Virus record (IMG/VR): IMGVR_UViG_3300032893_000007
DNA from: an uncultured virus (IMG/VR IMGVR_UViG_3300032893_000007)
Lineage: Duplodnaviria; Heunggongvirae; Uroviricota; Caudoviricetes
DNA: 64,000 nt
Direction: 5' to 3' (one strand)
The notes under the pieces were generated by a model. It made no database searches, was not told where the DNA came from, and saw only the letters and a program-made list of their open reading frames with translations. Each line of letters starts with the position of its first letter. Position 1 is the stretch's first letter. Both the position numbers and the translations under genes were made by a program. Shown here in pieces: positions 27,400-36,910 of this stretch.

Positions 27400-30300
27400 C
27401 TAGGTCTCGACTTTGACGCCCTTCTTGGTCAAGAAGTCGAGCATCTTCTGGCCGACGGCGAGCTTGGTTTGCTCGGTCGCAGCGCTGCCGGTCTGAGCGA
27501 CGACGGCCCGGTTGAAGTCGCGCTTCGACATCTTCTTGCTGGTCAGGGCGTTCGCGACGTAGTCCTTGAAGGACGGTTCGCCGGCGTCTCCCGAGCTTGA
27601 ATCTCGCGATATGATCGGGATGTTTCTGGCCTTGATGGCTGCCAGGGACTTGTCGATTTCTTTCAGGAAGGTGTCGACTGACTGGAGGTCGTTGCGGCTG
27701 AGCCCGAGGTCGTTGAGGATGTTTTGGGATAACGACGTGTCTTGTTCTTTGACCCTCATCCGGTAGAGCCAGGCCATGTCCTTGTTGGTGAGGGGGTTTT
27801 TGAAGGGAGTTTTTTGCGTGATAGATCGCGCGACGGCGTTGTCGAAGTCGTTCCACAGTTGGTTGAAGTGGAGGACTTCAACCTTCGTCAGGCGAGTGCG
27901 ATATCCGGGCTGGTCAGCCTCGTCTCCCGAGCTCGTCGCGACCTTCTCGACCTCGACTCCCTTTTCGTAGTTGCTCTTGGCGGTCGACACTCCCGCTTTT
28001 CCGTAGGCGTTTGACTCGAACGGCTTGAGCAGGTCGTTATCTTGAACGGGGATTTTTCGATCAGGTTCGATCTTGGCAAACACTGCTCGGCGGATGGGAG
28101 ACATGGTGGCCGCCATGATCTCCTGCCAGTACGTGAAGCAGTGACGCTTGTCGCCTTTGCGAGCCTCTTCGGACAGTTGCTTGAGGTTGACGACCATCTT
28201 GGATAGCTGGTCTCTGTCGAAGCTATCTCCTTTTTGAGCGCGTTCGGTTCGGAGCTTCGTTCCGTAGGCGATGATCTTCGCCATGTCTCTCACGACCGGA
28301 TTATTTTTGATGTCGACCGGAATGTCACTGTCCCACGATCTTACGTCGTTGCCCGAGCTTGTCTCCTGAACGGCGGCGGCGGTCGGCTGGGCGGGCGCCG
28401 GGGCCGGAGTCTCGGCGTGCTGCCGGACGGCCGCGGCGGGCTCGGGAGACGGCGCGGGGGCCGGTGCGGGCGCCGGGCGCGCTCCTCCGCCTCCTTTCTT
28501 GGCGGCGAGGGCCGTGGCCAGCGAGGTGGCCGAGGCTGCCAGGGCCGTCGACGGGGCGATGACGGCGAGGTTCTGCCGGAACCAGCCGAAGGGAGACCAG
28601 CCGAGGGTGTCCGAGCCGGCGGTGCGGACGACCTCGCTCTTCGCCCGGGTGGCGACTCCCTCGCGGTAGTTTGCGAGGGGGTCACGGGTCGCGAAGGCGA
28701 GGGCTCGGAGGGACTCTCGGAGCAAAGACCCGATCCCGGTGATGGCCGGCTGGGGCAGGTCGGGCAACGTGGAGAGCGGGGTGGTCGGGTCGGGAGGCGG
28801 GGCGAGCGCCGCGATCTTCGCGGCCACCTTGTGCTTGCCGAGCCGCTCGGCGAGCCTCTCGGCGACCTGGGCTTCGTCGGCGCTGATGGTCCCCGCCTCG
28901 GCGGAGGCGACGTACGCGGCGAGCTTCTGGTCGGCCTCGGTCTGCTCGGTGGCCGACAGCGGGGGATTGACCTTGGCCAGGAACTCCTTGCGAGCGGAGG
29001 GCTTGGCGGCGAGCGCCTTGGCGGCCACGGCGGCGGCGGCTAGGGTGACGGCGGCGGCGGTGGCCTCGGGGGCGGGGTTTTCGGTGGTGGCGGCCTCCGT
29101 GATTTTCTTGACCTCTGCGATCGCCTTCGGGTCTCCCTCGGCGACGCGCTCTTGCAGGTTGACGGCGTCTCGCATGGCGGGCGAGACGGGACGACCCTTC
29201 TGGATGTCGTCGATGGTCTGGGCGGCGACGACGTTGCCCATGTTCCTGATCGCGTTTGGGTCGCCGGACTTGGCCTCCTCGAAGTTCTTGTTGATGGCCT
29301 CTCTGGCGGTCGGGTTGCCTGCCTCCTTGGCGGCGACGACGGCGGCCGTCTTCTTGAGCGTCTCGGTGGCCGACGGTGCCTGGGCAGCTGCGACGGCGAG
29401 CTCGCCGGCGGTCTTCCGGTCGCCGAGCGCGGCGGCGGCCTTCGCCCCGGCCGCGAGCTCTTCGCGGCTGCCGGTTCCGGCTGCTGCCTTGGATCGCGCG
29501 GCGGCGACCTTGGCCCGAGCCTCCGACTTCGTCATCTTGTGTTTCTTGTCCTTCTTCGAGGCGAGCACGGCGGTGGTCACTGCGCCGGTGGCGACCGCGG
29601 CGGCTACGACCTTGGCGACCTGCAGGCGCCTCACCGCGCGCTTGGCGTTGGGGTTGCCCTGCTTCGCGGCGGCCTGGACGAGGAGCACTTGTCGGACGGC
29701 TTTGGGGTTGCCCTTCTGGGCTCGGGCGAGGAGGTGTCCGGCAGCGGCGAGGTTGCGGCGCTCGCGCGCGGTCGGTGCCGCCTGCCTGACGTTCTTGGCG
29801 AGCCGGAGCTTCTGCACTCGCTGCTGAGCCTTCTTGTCGCCCTTCTTGGCGAGCTCCACCTGCTTGGCGATGAAGGCTCGGGCCTTCGGGTCGCCGGCGG
29901 CGGCCTTGCGCTCGACCCTGGACAGTCGGGCGAGCTCCACGCGGCGCTCGGCTCGCACGAGCTTGTTCGCCGCGGCGGCCTCGAACCTTCGCTGGACGGC
30001 TGCGACCTTGAGCCGGCGGGCGTTCGAGGCGAGCGCTCGGGCCTCCTTCTTCTGGGCCTTCTCGCGCGCCTTGGTGGCCTTCATGCCGGCGTAGACGACC
30101 CGCAGGTCGCGGGTGGCCTGGGCGTCGCCCTTCTGCGACTTCGCGATCATGGTCTTGAGGGCGGCCTTCGCCTTGGGGTCGCCCTTCCGCACCAGCTGGT
30201 ACATCTTGGCGCCCGCGCGGATCTTGATCCCGGCACCGTCCTTGGCCTTCGCCTTGGTGGCGATCTTCTTGCTCTCCTCGCCGACGAATGCCTCCCAGCT

Positions 30301-33024
30301 GCCCGAGAAGCTCTCGGCGTCGTCGGTCTGCTGGTTGGCGAGCGACGGGTCGGCCTCGACCTCGCGGGTGCGCATGGCGGCTTCCTTCGACAGGGCCTCC
30401 GCGTCGGCGGCGTCGGCGTCGGCGTCCGCCGCGGCGGCGATGGCCTCCTGGGCGCGTAGCTCCGCCTGGGTCTGGGCGTCGGCGGCGGCGGCCCTGGCCT
30501 CGGAGGCCTTGCGGCGGGCGGCGGCCGCCCTCAGCATGGCGAGGCGCTGCTGCTCGGGGGAGCTGCCTCCTTTGCTGACGATGCCGAGCTTCTGGCCGGT
30601 CCACTTGGCGCCCTTGTAGAGGTGCTTGGCAGGGAGCCAGATGGGTGCGGTCGCGTACCTGAAGGTGTCGGAGATGGCGGAGCCGCAGAGGTCGCCGCCC
30701 ACGACGGCGCCCGAGGCACGCAGGCGCCGCAGGCCCTCGACGGCGCGCGGGTTCCCGGCCTTGGCGAGGCTTCGCAGGGCCGCCAGCATCTTGGCCTCGG
30801 CGGGCGTCATGGCGGCGGCGGCTGCCCCGCAGGCGGCCGACCTGCTGAGCTTGGAGTCGCGGTCGACGAGCTCTTCCCACCCGACTTTTCCGGCCGCGTG
30901 GGCATGAACGACCTGCCGGAGGTCGCGGGTCTTCTGCGCGAGGGCGAGGACGCCTCGCTCGTCGCACTCGGAGAGCGTCTGGCCGTCGAGCCGCTTGCCG
31001 AGGACGGTGGCGGCCCTCGCGCAGAGCTGGTTCTTCTCGCGGGCCACGTCCACTCCGCGGAGCATGCAGCCCCCGACGAAGGCGCCGTGCACGGCCGTGA
31101 GGTAGGCGGGGGTCGCCGCGTAGAGGTCGCCGTGGACGACCTTGACCCTCTGGAGGATCTTGGCGATCTCGGCGGCCGCCTGGGCCTCGGCGCCGGTCAG
31201 GGCTCTGCCTGCCAGGATCTTCGCGTAGAGCTGGTTCGCCACCTCGAGCTTACCCGCCTTGGCGAGGGCGTTCTGCACCACCTTCGAGATGGGCGTCGGG
31301 TTCTCGTGGCCGACGAAGGTCCCCGACGAGATGGTCTTGGCAGGCTCGACGAGCTCGCCCTTGATCGAGGACTCGATCGCCTTGAGCTGGGCCTCGGTCG
31401 CGGCGGCCTGCTCCTGGGCTGCCCTGACGGCGTCGGCGGCCGACTTGGCGCGTTCGGCCTGCGCGAGCACGTCCTGGCGCTTGCCGAGTTTCTTTTGCAG
31501 CTCGGCGTTCTCCTTCCAGGCCTCGATCTCCCTGTCTTTGAGGGCTCTCTCTTCCGCTGGCTTGAACCAGTAGCCGGGGTTGAGCTTGTGGAGCCAGGCT
31601 CCCGAGGTCGTTGTGCTCGGGTTCGAGACTCCGGAGGCGAGGAGGGTGGCGTAGAGCGAGCGCGCGGCGGGGTGGCCGTCCTTGGCGAGCCTCGCGATCA
31701 CGGCGAGCTCGCCGGGCTTGACCGGCTGCCCGGAGCGCAGCTTGTCGACGGCGACCTTGATCATCCGGTCGGCCTTGGGCGAGCCCGGCTTCTTGGACGG
31801 AGAAGCTCCTGACAAGATCTCGGTGGCGAAGGCGCCGAGCGAGTCCTCGCCGGCGATGCCGGTCGTCGGGTCGGAGGCGCGCTGGTCGTCGCGGTCGGTG
31901 CGGGTGAGGATGCCTTCCATGGTTTCTCCTTGAGAGTAGGCGTCGGCGTTCGGGTCCTGGTAGCCGGGGTCGGGTTGCTGGGCGTACGGGTTGGCCGCGT
32001 ACGGGTCTGCCGCGGCGGGATCTGCGGACGGGTCCATGGAGGGATCCATGGCCGCGTTCGGGTCGGCGTTCGGGTCGGCGTCCGGTCCCGTCGCGGAGCG
32101 TTCGCCCTGGGTGTTGTTGACGACGACTTGGGACTGTCCGAAGAACCAGGCCAGGGGGTTCCACCAGGACCCCATGACGTCGGTTCCGCAGATCTCGGCG
32201 CCGAGCACGTCGGCGCCGCTCACGGCGAACGTGGTGGGCAGTCCTGCCCGGGCGATCTGGGACTTCGCCCACGGGGCGGACTTCGCGAGGTAGTACGAGC
32301 GAGGCTGCACGGTGAGTCCTTGGGCCTGGTCCTGCCTGCCGAGGAAGTTCGCGTGCTCGCCGACGAGCTTGCGGTAGAGGTTCCGGACGACCTGGGCCTT
32401 CTGGCCGTCGCGGCCCGGGACGTACCTCATGAGGGTGCTCGTCGTCTTCTTCCGGGCCCAGCTGGCGGCGCTCATGGGGGCCCTGGCGAGGCGGTCGGCG
32501 TACTTCCCGCCGGGCAGGCGGCGGACGGCTCGGCTCGCGAGCGAGGTCGGGAGGGTGGCGATCTTCTTGAGCTTCGAGAGTCCGGGGATCCCGAACCCGA
32601 CGTCGTCTCCGTCCGATCGTCCGGGCATATCTTTCTCGTCCATGATGTCTTCTCCGTAGGTGGCGTCGTCGAGTACCTTGTCCATCGCCGTGTAGCCGTC
32701 TTTGGTGCGGTCGAGGAGCCACTGTTCTTGCTCGGCGTCGTCGACCTTCCGCAGTCCCTCGAGGCCGGGCAGGTCGTCCAAGATCTTCTTCTCCTCGTCG
32801 GACAGGGGCCGCATGGTGTCGAGCACCCGCTGGGTCTCCCCGGGCGACTCGTCGTCCGCGAGGTCGTCGAAGACGTCGTCGTCCTCGCCGTCGGTCGCGA
32901 GGTTCTGGTCGGCCGGGTTGAGTAGGGCCAGGAGGCCGTCGTCGGTGAGGTCGGGTGCGCCGTTGTCGTCTTCCGGCAGGTCCGTGAGGTGGAGCTCGTC
33001 GCCGGTGTCGTCGTTCTTGTTCAT
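27400..33024 (-). CDS. 1874-aa Ala/Lys-rich putative virion core protein or polyprotein
   Basis: Continuous ORF with strong codon bias; acidic N-terminus, many G(D/N)PxA helical repeats, recurring phi-G and SSG motifs. Confidence 0.85.
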   Translation of the reverse strand: MNKNDDTGDELHLTDLPEDDNGAPDLTDDGLLALLNPADQNLATDGEDDDVFDDLADDESPGETQRVLDTMRPLSDEEKKILDDLPGLEGLRKVDDAEQEQWLLDRTKDGYTAMDKVLDDATYGEDIMDEKDMPGRSDGDDVGFGIPGLSKLKKIATLPTSLASRAVRRLPGGKYADRLARAPMSAASWARKKTTSTLMRYVPGRDGQKAQVVRNLYRKLVGEHANFLGRQDQAQGLTVQPRSYYLAKSAPWAKSQIARAGLPTTFAVSGADVLGAEICGTDVMGSWWNPLAWFFGQSQVVVNNTQGERSATGPDADPNADPNAAMDPSMDPSADPAAADPYAANPYAQQPDPGYQDPNADAYSQGETMEGILTRTDRDDQRASDPTTGIAGEDSLGAFATEILSGASPSKKPGSPKADRMIKVAVDKLRSGQPVKPGELAVIARLAKDGHPAARSLYATLLASGVSNPSTTTSGAWLHKLNPGYWFKPAEERALKDREIEAWKENAELQKKLGKRQDVLAQAERAKSAADAVRAAQEQAAATEAQLKAIESSIKGELVEPAKTISSGTFVGHENPTPISKVVQNALAKAGKLEVANQLYAKILAGRALTGAEAQAAAEIAKILQRVKVVHGDLYAATPAYLTAVHGAFVGGCMLRGVDVAREKNQLCARAATVLGKRLDGQTLSECDERGVLALAQKTRDLRQVVHAHAAGKVGWEELVDRDSKLSRSAACGAAAAAMTPAEAKMLAALRSLAKAGNPRAVEGLRRLRASGAVVGGDLCGSAISDTFRYATAPIWLPAKHLYKGAKWTGQKLGIVSKGGSSPEQQRLAMLRAAAARRKASEARAAAADAQTQAELRAQEAIAAAADADADAADAEALSKEAAMRTREVEADPSLANQQTDDAESFSGSWEAFVGEESKKIATKAKAKDGAGIKIRAGAKMYQLVRKGDPKAKAALKTMIAKSQKGDAQATRDLRVVYAGMKATKAREKAQKKEARALASNARRLKVAAVQRRFEAAAANKLVRAERRVELARLSRVERKAAAGDPKARAFIAKQVELAKKGDKKAQQRVQKLRLAKNVRQAAPTARERRNLAAAGHLLARAQKGNPKAVRQVLLVQAAAKQGNPNAKRAVRRLQVAKVVAAAVATGAVTTAVLASKKDKKHKMTKSEARAKVAAARSKAAAGTGSREELAAGAKAAAALGDRKTAGELAVAAAQAPSATETLKKTAAVVAAKEAGNPTAREAINKNFEEAKSGDPNAIRNMGNVVAAQTIDDIQKGRPVSPAMRDAVNLQERVAEGDPKAIAEVKKITEAATTENPAPEATAAAVTLAAAAVAAKALAAKPSARKEFLAKVNPPLSATEQTEADQKLAAYVASAEAGTISADEAQVAERLAERLGKHKVAAKIAALAPPPDPTTPLSTLPDLPQPAITGIGSLLRESLRALAFATRDPLANYREGVATRAKSEVVRTAGSDTLGWSPFGWFRQNLAVIAPSTALAASATSLATALAAKKGGGGARPAPAPAPAPSPEPAAAVRQHAETPAPAPAQPTAAAVQETSSGNDVRSWDSDIPVDIKNNPVVRDMAKIIAYGTKLRTERAQKGDSFDRDQLSKMVVNLKQLSEEARKGDKRHCFTYWQEIMAATMSPIRRAVFAKIEPDRKIPVQDNDLLKPFESNAYGKAGVSTAKSNYEKGVEVEKVATSSGDEADQPGYRTRLTKVEVLHFNQLWNDFDNAVARSITQKTPFKNPLTNKDMAWLYRMRVKEQDTSLSQNILNDLGLSRNDLQSVDTFLKEIDKSLAAIKARNIPIISRDSSSGDAGEPSFKDYVANALTSKKMSKRDFNRAVVAQTGSAATEQTKLAVGQKMLDFLTKKGVKVET

Positions 33025-33040
33025 GTCGCGGCTCCGTTGG

Positions 33041-33541
33041 TCAGGCGGTGGCTCGTCCGGGACGTGATCCGGGCAGGTAGAGGGAGAGGCCGGCTGACTG
33101 CATTACGCGGTCTACGATCTTCTTCGCCCGGAAGAAGTCGCGGGTCGTGGGCGTCTTCCCGCCCGTGCGCCTGGCTTGCCTCAGGACCGCGGCCCGGTAG
33201 GCTACGTTCGGGACCTGGGTGGTGTCCTCTCCTCCGAGCGAGAATGACTGGACGCCGGCGAACACGCCGCTTCGGGTGAGGATCTCGAGTGCGCGGGACG
33301 CCTTGGGGTCGCCCTTCTTGGCTCGGATCCGCAGCGAGGCGACGTTCTTCTTGACGGCGGAGATCTTCTTCCGGGCGGTGGGGTCGCCCGAGTCGGCGCG
33401 GAGTTTGGTTGCGGCCAGGTCGGCGAGCATCGCCATCTCGGCCGGGGTGAGCCGGAAGTCCACCTCGTCGGTGAGGCGGGCCTCGCAGCTGTCCCGGGCC
33501 CAGTTGCGACGAGTTTTTCCGAGGAGGAGGTCGCGTGCCAT
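33041..33541 (-). CDS. Basic protein with MARDL tag and GDPxA repeats
   Basis: MARDLLLGKTRRNWAR; SGDPTAR, KKGDPKAS. Confidence 0.8.
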   Translation of the reverse strand: MARDLLLGKTRRNWARDSCEARLTDEVDFRLTPAEMAMLADLAATKLRADSGDPTARKKISAVKKNVASLRIRAKKGDPKASRALEILTRSGVFAGVQSFSLGGEDTTQVPNVAYRAAVLRQARRTGGKTPTTRDFFRAKKIVDRVMQSAGLSLYLPGSRPGRATA

Positions 33542-33545
33542 GGAT

Positions 33546-34181
33546 CTAGCCGGTGAGCTTGACTTGGTGCTTGTTGAGGAAGGCGATCATCTTGCTGCCC
33601 ACCAGGGTGCGCTCCTTCTCGGTGGAGGACAGGCCCGCGTGGAGCCAGATCGCCTTCTTGAGGTCGGCCCGGGTGATCTGCTTGCTGTTCGCCGCCGAGC
33701 TCAAGATCTGCCTCGCCTGGTGGCGTCCCTCCTGACCATCGTCTCCGGACGACGTGTTGGGAGCGTCGGGGCTCGACTTGGCGAGCTTGGCGAGCTTGAC
33801 GAGGACGCGCTTGGCCTTCTTGTTGCCGTTCTTGGCCAGGGCGACGACCTTGAGGAGGTCTTCGGTCTTGACCGGCGGTAGGTCGCCCCGGATGTACGTC
33901 CAGTGCGAGTTGTAACCGCACGCGGAGGTGCGGCGGGCGAGGGCTTCGCGCTCGGCTGCGCCGCCCTCCATCGCCAGGATCTTCTCGTCGTCTCCGATGA
34001 ACCACGATTTGTTGGGGGTCGGGGCCCGGCGGAGCGTCCACTCGAGGATGTCGATGGGGGCGGTGACGGCTGCCCGCACTACCTTGAGGGGTGCCGTCGC
34101 GACCTTGGCTGCAGTGCTCGAGCCCAAGATCTCGTCTCGACCGAGGATCTCTTGGCGTCCCACGAATGCTGATTTGTTCAT
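33546..34181 (-). CDS. Protein sharing its C-terminal domain with the 1874-aa protein
   Basis: AFVG.EILG.EILG N-terminus; C-terminus SKQITRADLKKA...VGSKMIAFLNKHQVK. Confidence 0.8.
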   Translation of the reverse strand: MNKSAFVGRQEILGRDEILGSSTAAKVATAPLKVVRAAVTAPIDILEWTLRRAPTPNKSWFIGDDEKILAMEGGAAEREALARRTSACGYNSHWTYIRGDLPPVKTEDLLKVVALAKNGNKKAKRVLVKLAKLAKSSPDAPNTSSGDDGQEGRHQARQILSSAANSKQITRADLKKAIWLHAGLSSTEKERTLVGSKMIAFLNKHQVKLTG

Positions 34182-34238
34182 TTTGTCAGTCCTGTTGGAG
34201 TTGTCTCTGGCTAGTTTCTCGTTGTTTTTGTGGACGTA

Positions 34239-34418
34239 TTACAACCTGATCATCGCGAGGAGGGCTCGACCGAGTCCCCTCCAACGTCCGGGCGGGTTGT
34301 CCACGTGGCAGCGTCCCTGGCAGGTTTGGAGTGAATGCAAGATCGTCTCGATCTTCTTGTCCACTGCCACGATCATCTCCTTCAGTTCCTTGTATTCTTG
34401 TGATTCCATCGGGCTCAT
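34239..34418 (-). CDS. Small coiled-coil protein
   Basis: MSPMESQEYKELKEMIVAVDKKIETIL; starts at 34418 or 34409. Confidence 0.55.
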   Translation of the reverse strand: MSPMESQEYKELKEMIVAVDKKIETILHSLQTCQGRCHVDNPPGRWRGLGRALLAMIRL

Positions 34419-34422
34419 CTTC

Positions 34423-34995
34423 TCAGAAGAGTCCGTTCGCTCTGTTGAAGTTGGCCGTCGTCGCCTTGAACTTCTCGCGAACGGCGGGGTCAGCCACCCA
34501 TGATGCGATGCCGTCCTCACCCGCCAGGTGGCCCGCGGCGAGGAGTCCGGACAGCGTGCAGGGGGAGCCGGACACTGGGAGTCCCACCATCCGGGAGACT
34601 TTGGGGACCATCCGGCGCATCGACCGAGCGAAGGCCTCGTACTGGGCTGGGGAGGAGGCGAGAAACTTCTCCCTTGTGAGCGGTGTCCGCCACTCTCCCG
34701 TCCAGACGCCCGTCTCGTCACCCACGGAGGTCTTGCGGGGTCTCGACATGAAGCCGACGTCGGAGAGCCGGCGAGCGTCCATGCCGAACATGCCTAGTCG
34801 CCCGCGGGGGGTGGCGGCGTTCTTGGGCGACACGACCATGACGGCGACGAACTTTTCCCAGGCGAGGTGCGGGACGCCCGGCAGCGGGGAGGGATGCTCG
34901 GGCGGCAGCATCGAGAGCCCCTTCCTGCTGGTGCAGAACGCGGCTCCGCCGAGGAATCCGAAGAGACCGACGGGAAGGAGGAAGATCGGGCTCAT
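34423..34995 (-). CDS. Membrane-anchored lysozyme-like fold protein, possibly catalytically degenerate
   Basis: N-terminal TM; RLGMFGM..RL, FLASS.AQYEAF, LSGLLAAGHLAG. Confidence 0.6.
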   Translation of the reverse strand: MSPIFLLPVGLFGFLGGAAFCTSRKGLSMLPPEHPSPLPGVPHLAWEKFVAVMVVSPKNAATPRGRLGMFGMDARRLSDVGFMSRPRKTSVGDETGVWTGEWRTPLTREKFLASSPAQYEAFARSMRRMVPKVSRMVGLPVSGSPCTLSGLLAAGHLAGEDGIASWVADPAVREKFKATTANFNRANGLF

Positions 34996-35002
34996 GATCC
35001 TC

Positions 35003-35236
35003 TCAGCCGACGAAGACGTTTCGGGGCAGTCCCCGGCCGTAGGCTTCGTTGGCCACGTCCACGCAGTCGGGGTTGGTCGTGGTGGCGACCCCGGCGCCGC
35101 CGCCGCTTGCCGCGGCAGGGTTGGCAGCACCGGCGTCGTACGACGGACCGACCTGCACGCACTCGTCGACGGAGAGCAGACCGTCTCCCTGGTCGGCGAC
35201 GTTGACGGTTCCGGGGTTCGTGACGTCGGTGGACAT
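35003..35236 (-). CDS. Small repeat protein (NPGTVNVADQGDG family)
   Basis: AGGAG RBS; paralog of 35248-35565. Confidence 0.75.
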   Translation of the reverse strand: MSTDVTNPGTVNVADQGDGLLSVDECVQVGPSYDAGAANPAAASGGGAGVATTTNPDCVDVANEAYGRGLPRNVFVG

Positions 35237-35247
35237 GGTGGAAGCTC

Positions 35248-35565
35248 CTAGACGAAGACGTTGGCGGGCTGTCCCTGGCCGTAGGTCTGGCCTGCGACGG
35301 TGTTCTGGGTCGTGTTGATGGTGTTCGGGCTCTCGGGCGAGTAGGCTCCGCCCTCGACGGTGTTCTGGGCAGTCTGCGCAGGCGCGACGGTGACGGGCTG
35401 GTCGACGGACGTCGGTCCGTCTCCTTGACTGACGATGCTCACCAGCGGGCCGGCGTTCGAGGACGGACCGGTCTTCACCGGCTGGTCGACGGACGTCGGG
35501 CCGTCTCCCTGGTCGGCGACGTTGACTGTTCCCGGGTTGACGACGTTATCTGGACCTGTGGACAT
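35248..35565 (-). CDS. Small repeat protein (NPGTVNVADQGDG family)
   Basis: ATG 35565 after GGGGAG; two QGDGPTSVDQPV repeats. Confidence 0.75.
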   Translation of the reverse strand: MSTGPDNVVNPGTVNVADQGDGPTSVDQPVKTGPSSNAGPLVSIVSQGDGPTSVDQPVTVAPAQTAQNTVEGGAYSPESPNTINTTQNTVAGQTYGQGQPANVFV

Positions 35566-35677
35566 GGCTCCCCTCGCTGCTTCGGTTTTTTGCTCGGGCG
35601 TGGGAGCCTCGCGGTGTCCCCGGTAGGTACGGAGGTGGTCGGGGAGGCCGCGCAGGTCGCCAGGGCGCGTGCGTATG

Positions 35678-35706
35678 AGGTTAGGTCTCTTCGCCGTTCC
35701 TGTCAA
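35678..35706 (-). promoter_or_regulatory. Sigma-70-like promoter TTGACA-N17-TAACCT
   Basis: Perfect -35; points into the 35565-to-25408 gene chain. Confidence 0.7.
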
Positions 35707-35795
35707 ATATCGACTCTTGCAGTCCGCGCGATCGTCGCGGGTCTCGACGGCTGATTATTCGAGGAGGGACCTCATGGTCCTGTATACTCGTCTTC

Positions 35796-36068
35796 GTGAG
35801 TTACGACCTGGCCCTGGGTAGCCTCCGCCGCGACTGGAGTATCGGTCTCGACGAGGCGATCGACCGAGCGGCGTCCACTCGCGAGCAGGAGCTCGAGAGG
35901 TACCTGCGCTCCGGGGTGCCGGAGAGGCGCTCCGAGTCGACGGTCGAGAGTCGGGTCAGGGAGAAGGTCCGAGAGGCAGCTCCCGAGGCGATGCGACTCT
36001 ACGACAAGTATCGGCCCACCTACGGCGACCACCAGGTCGTGCTCCGCATGAAGATGGGCGGGAGGTGA
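35796..36068 (+). CDS. Small protein with MSYDL tag, opposite strand to the module
   Basis: MSYDLALGSLRRDWSIG (GTG start). Confidence 0.7.
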   Translation: MSYDLALGSLRRDWSIGLDEAIDRAASTREQELERYLRSGVPERRSESTVESRVREKVREAAPEAMRLYDKYRPTYGDHQVVLRMKMGGR

Positions 36069-36595
36069 CGCTCGTGACGATGTTTCGGGTAGGACTGGGG
36101 TTGGTCGCGGTCCTGCTCTCAGCGTCCTTCTGCTCGGCGGCCGCCGAGCCGGTCCCGAGCGACGTGGCTCCTCCCCTGTCGTTCTGCCTGGGCGAGACCT
36201 ACCACTGCGTGCTGCTCGACCTCAACCTACAGTCCGTCAACTACGACCTCTCGACCAAGAAGTGGCAGTCGGGAGTCAAGACCCTCTCGGCCGGGTACGT
36301 GCTCATGTTCTACTCGAACGAGCCGTGGGGGTTCGGTCCGGCGCTGCACGGCGAGGGGCAGTGGAGTCAGGGAGAGCCGTCCTCCTTCGGGCTCACGGCG
36401 ACGGGGGTCTTCTTTCGGTACTTCGAGGTCGGGGTGACGTTCGTCCTGCTCGACGGGAAGATCGACAAGTACCTCACCTTAGGACTCTCGGCGAACCTCG
36501 AGCACTTGACGAGGATCTTGACGGGCAAGAGCATGCTGGTGAGGCTCGAGGAGGAGAGGACGCGACGTCTTGCTGCCTCGGGTGCCGGGAAGTAG
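36065..36595 (+). CDS. Secreted beta-strand-rich protein, possibly outer membrane
   Basis: Signal peptide then amphipathic aromatic strands. Confidence 0.65.
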   Translation: MTLVTMFRVGLGLVAVLLSASFCSAAAEPVPSDVAPPLSFCLGETYHCVLLDLNLQSVNYDLSTKKWQSGVKTLSAGYVLMFYSNEPWGFGPALHGEGQWSQGEPSSFGLTATGVFFRYFEVGVTFVLLDGKIDKYLTLGLSANLEHLTRILTGKSMLVRLEEERTRRLAASGAGK

Positions 36596-36608
36596 GATGC
36601 AGGATCCT

Positions 36609-36887
36609 TCAATACTTGAGGGAGCCGGACCTCACGAGCTCGTCGACCGCGGACTGGACGAGGGAGGCGATCTGTCCGGCGAGGTCTGCTGCCTTCGGGG
36701 AGGCGGATCCGAGCTTCTTCGAGAACTGGAGCACCTCGCCGCCGGTCATCGCTATGTTGGTGCGCGAGCGGGGTGTCTTGGTCGCGGAGTCGACCCAGTC
36801 GACGGCCGCGCTGACGATCTTGCCGTCCGGGCTCACGCTGATTCCGCGGACGATCGCTTCGACCTTCGTGGTTACCTGCTGTGGCAT
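36609..36887 (-). CDS. Hypothetical protein downstream of spike genes
   Basis: ATG 36887 after AAGG; 92 aa. Confidence 0.7.
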   Translation of the reverse strand: MPQQVTTKVEAIVRGISVSPDGKIVSAAVDWVDSATKTPRSRTNIAMTGGEVLQFSKKLGSASPKAADLAGQIASLVQSAVDELVRSGSLKY

Positions 36888-36910
36888 GGGGATCTTTCTT
36901 CGTTTGGTTC

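Noticed and set aside
28682..32722. Long alternative-frame and antisense ORFs overlapping the giant gene
   Set aside because: Arg/Pro-rich shadow frames expected from high GC third-position bias
27400..33024. Tail tape-measure protein
   Set aside because: No tail tube, chaperone pair or baseplate genes nearby; blocky composition rather than regular aromatic periodicity; not fully excluded
35566..35706. N-terminal extension of ORF 35248-35706
   Set aside because: The TTG start is the -35 box of a promoter; ATG 35565 has an RBS and matches the paralog start
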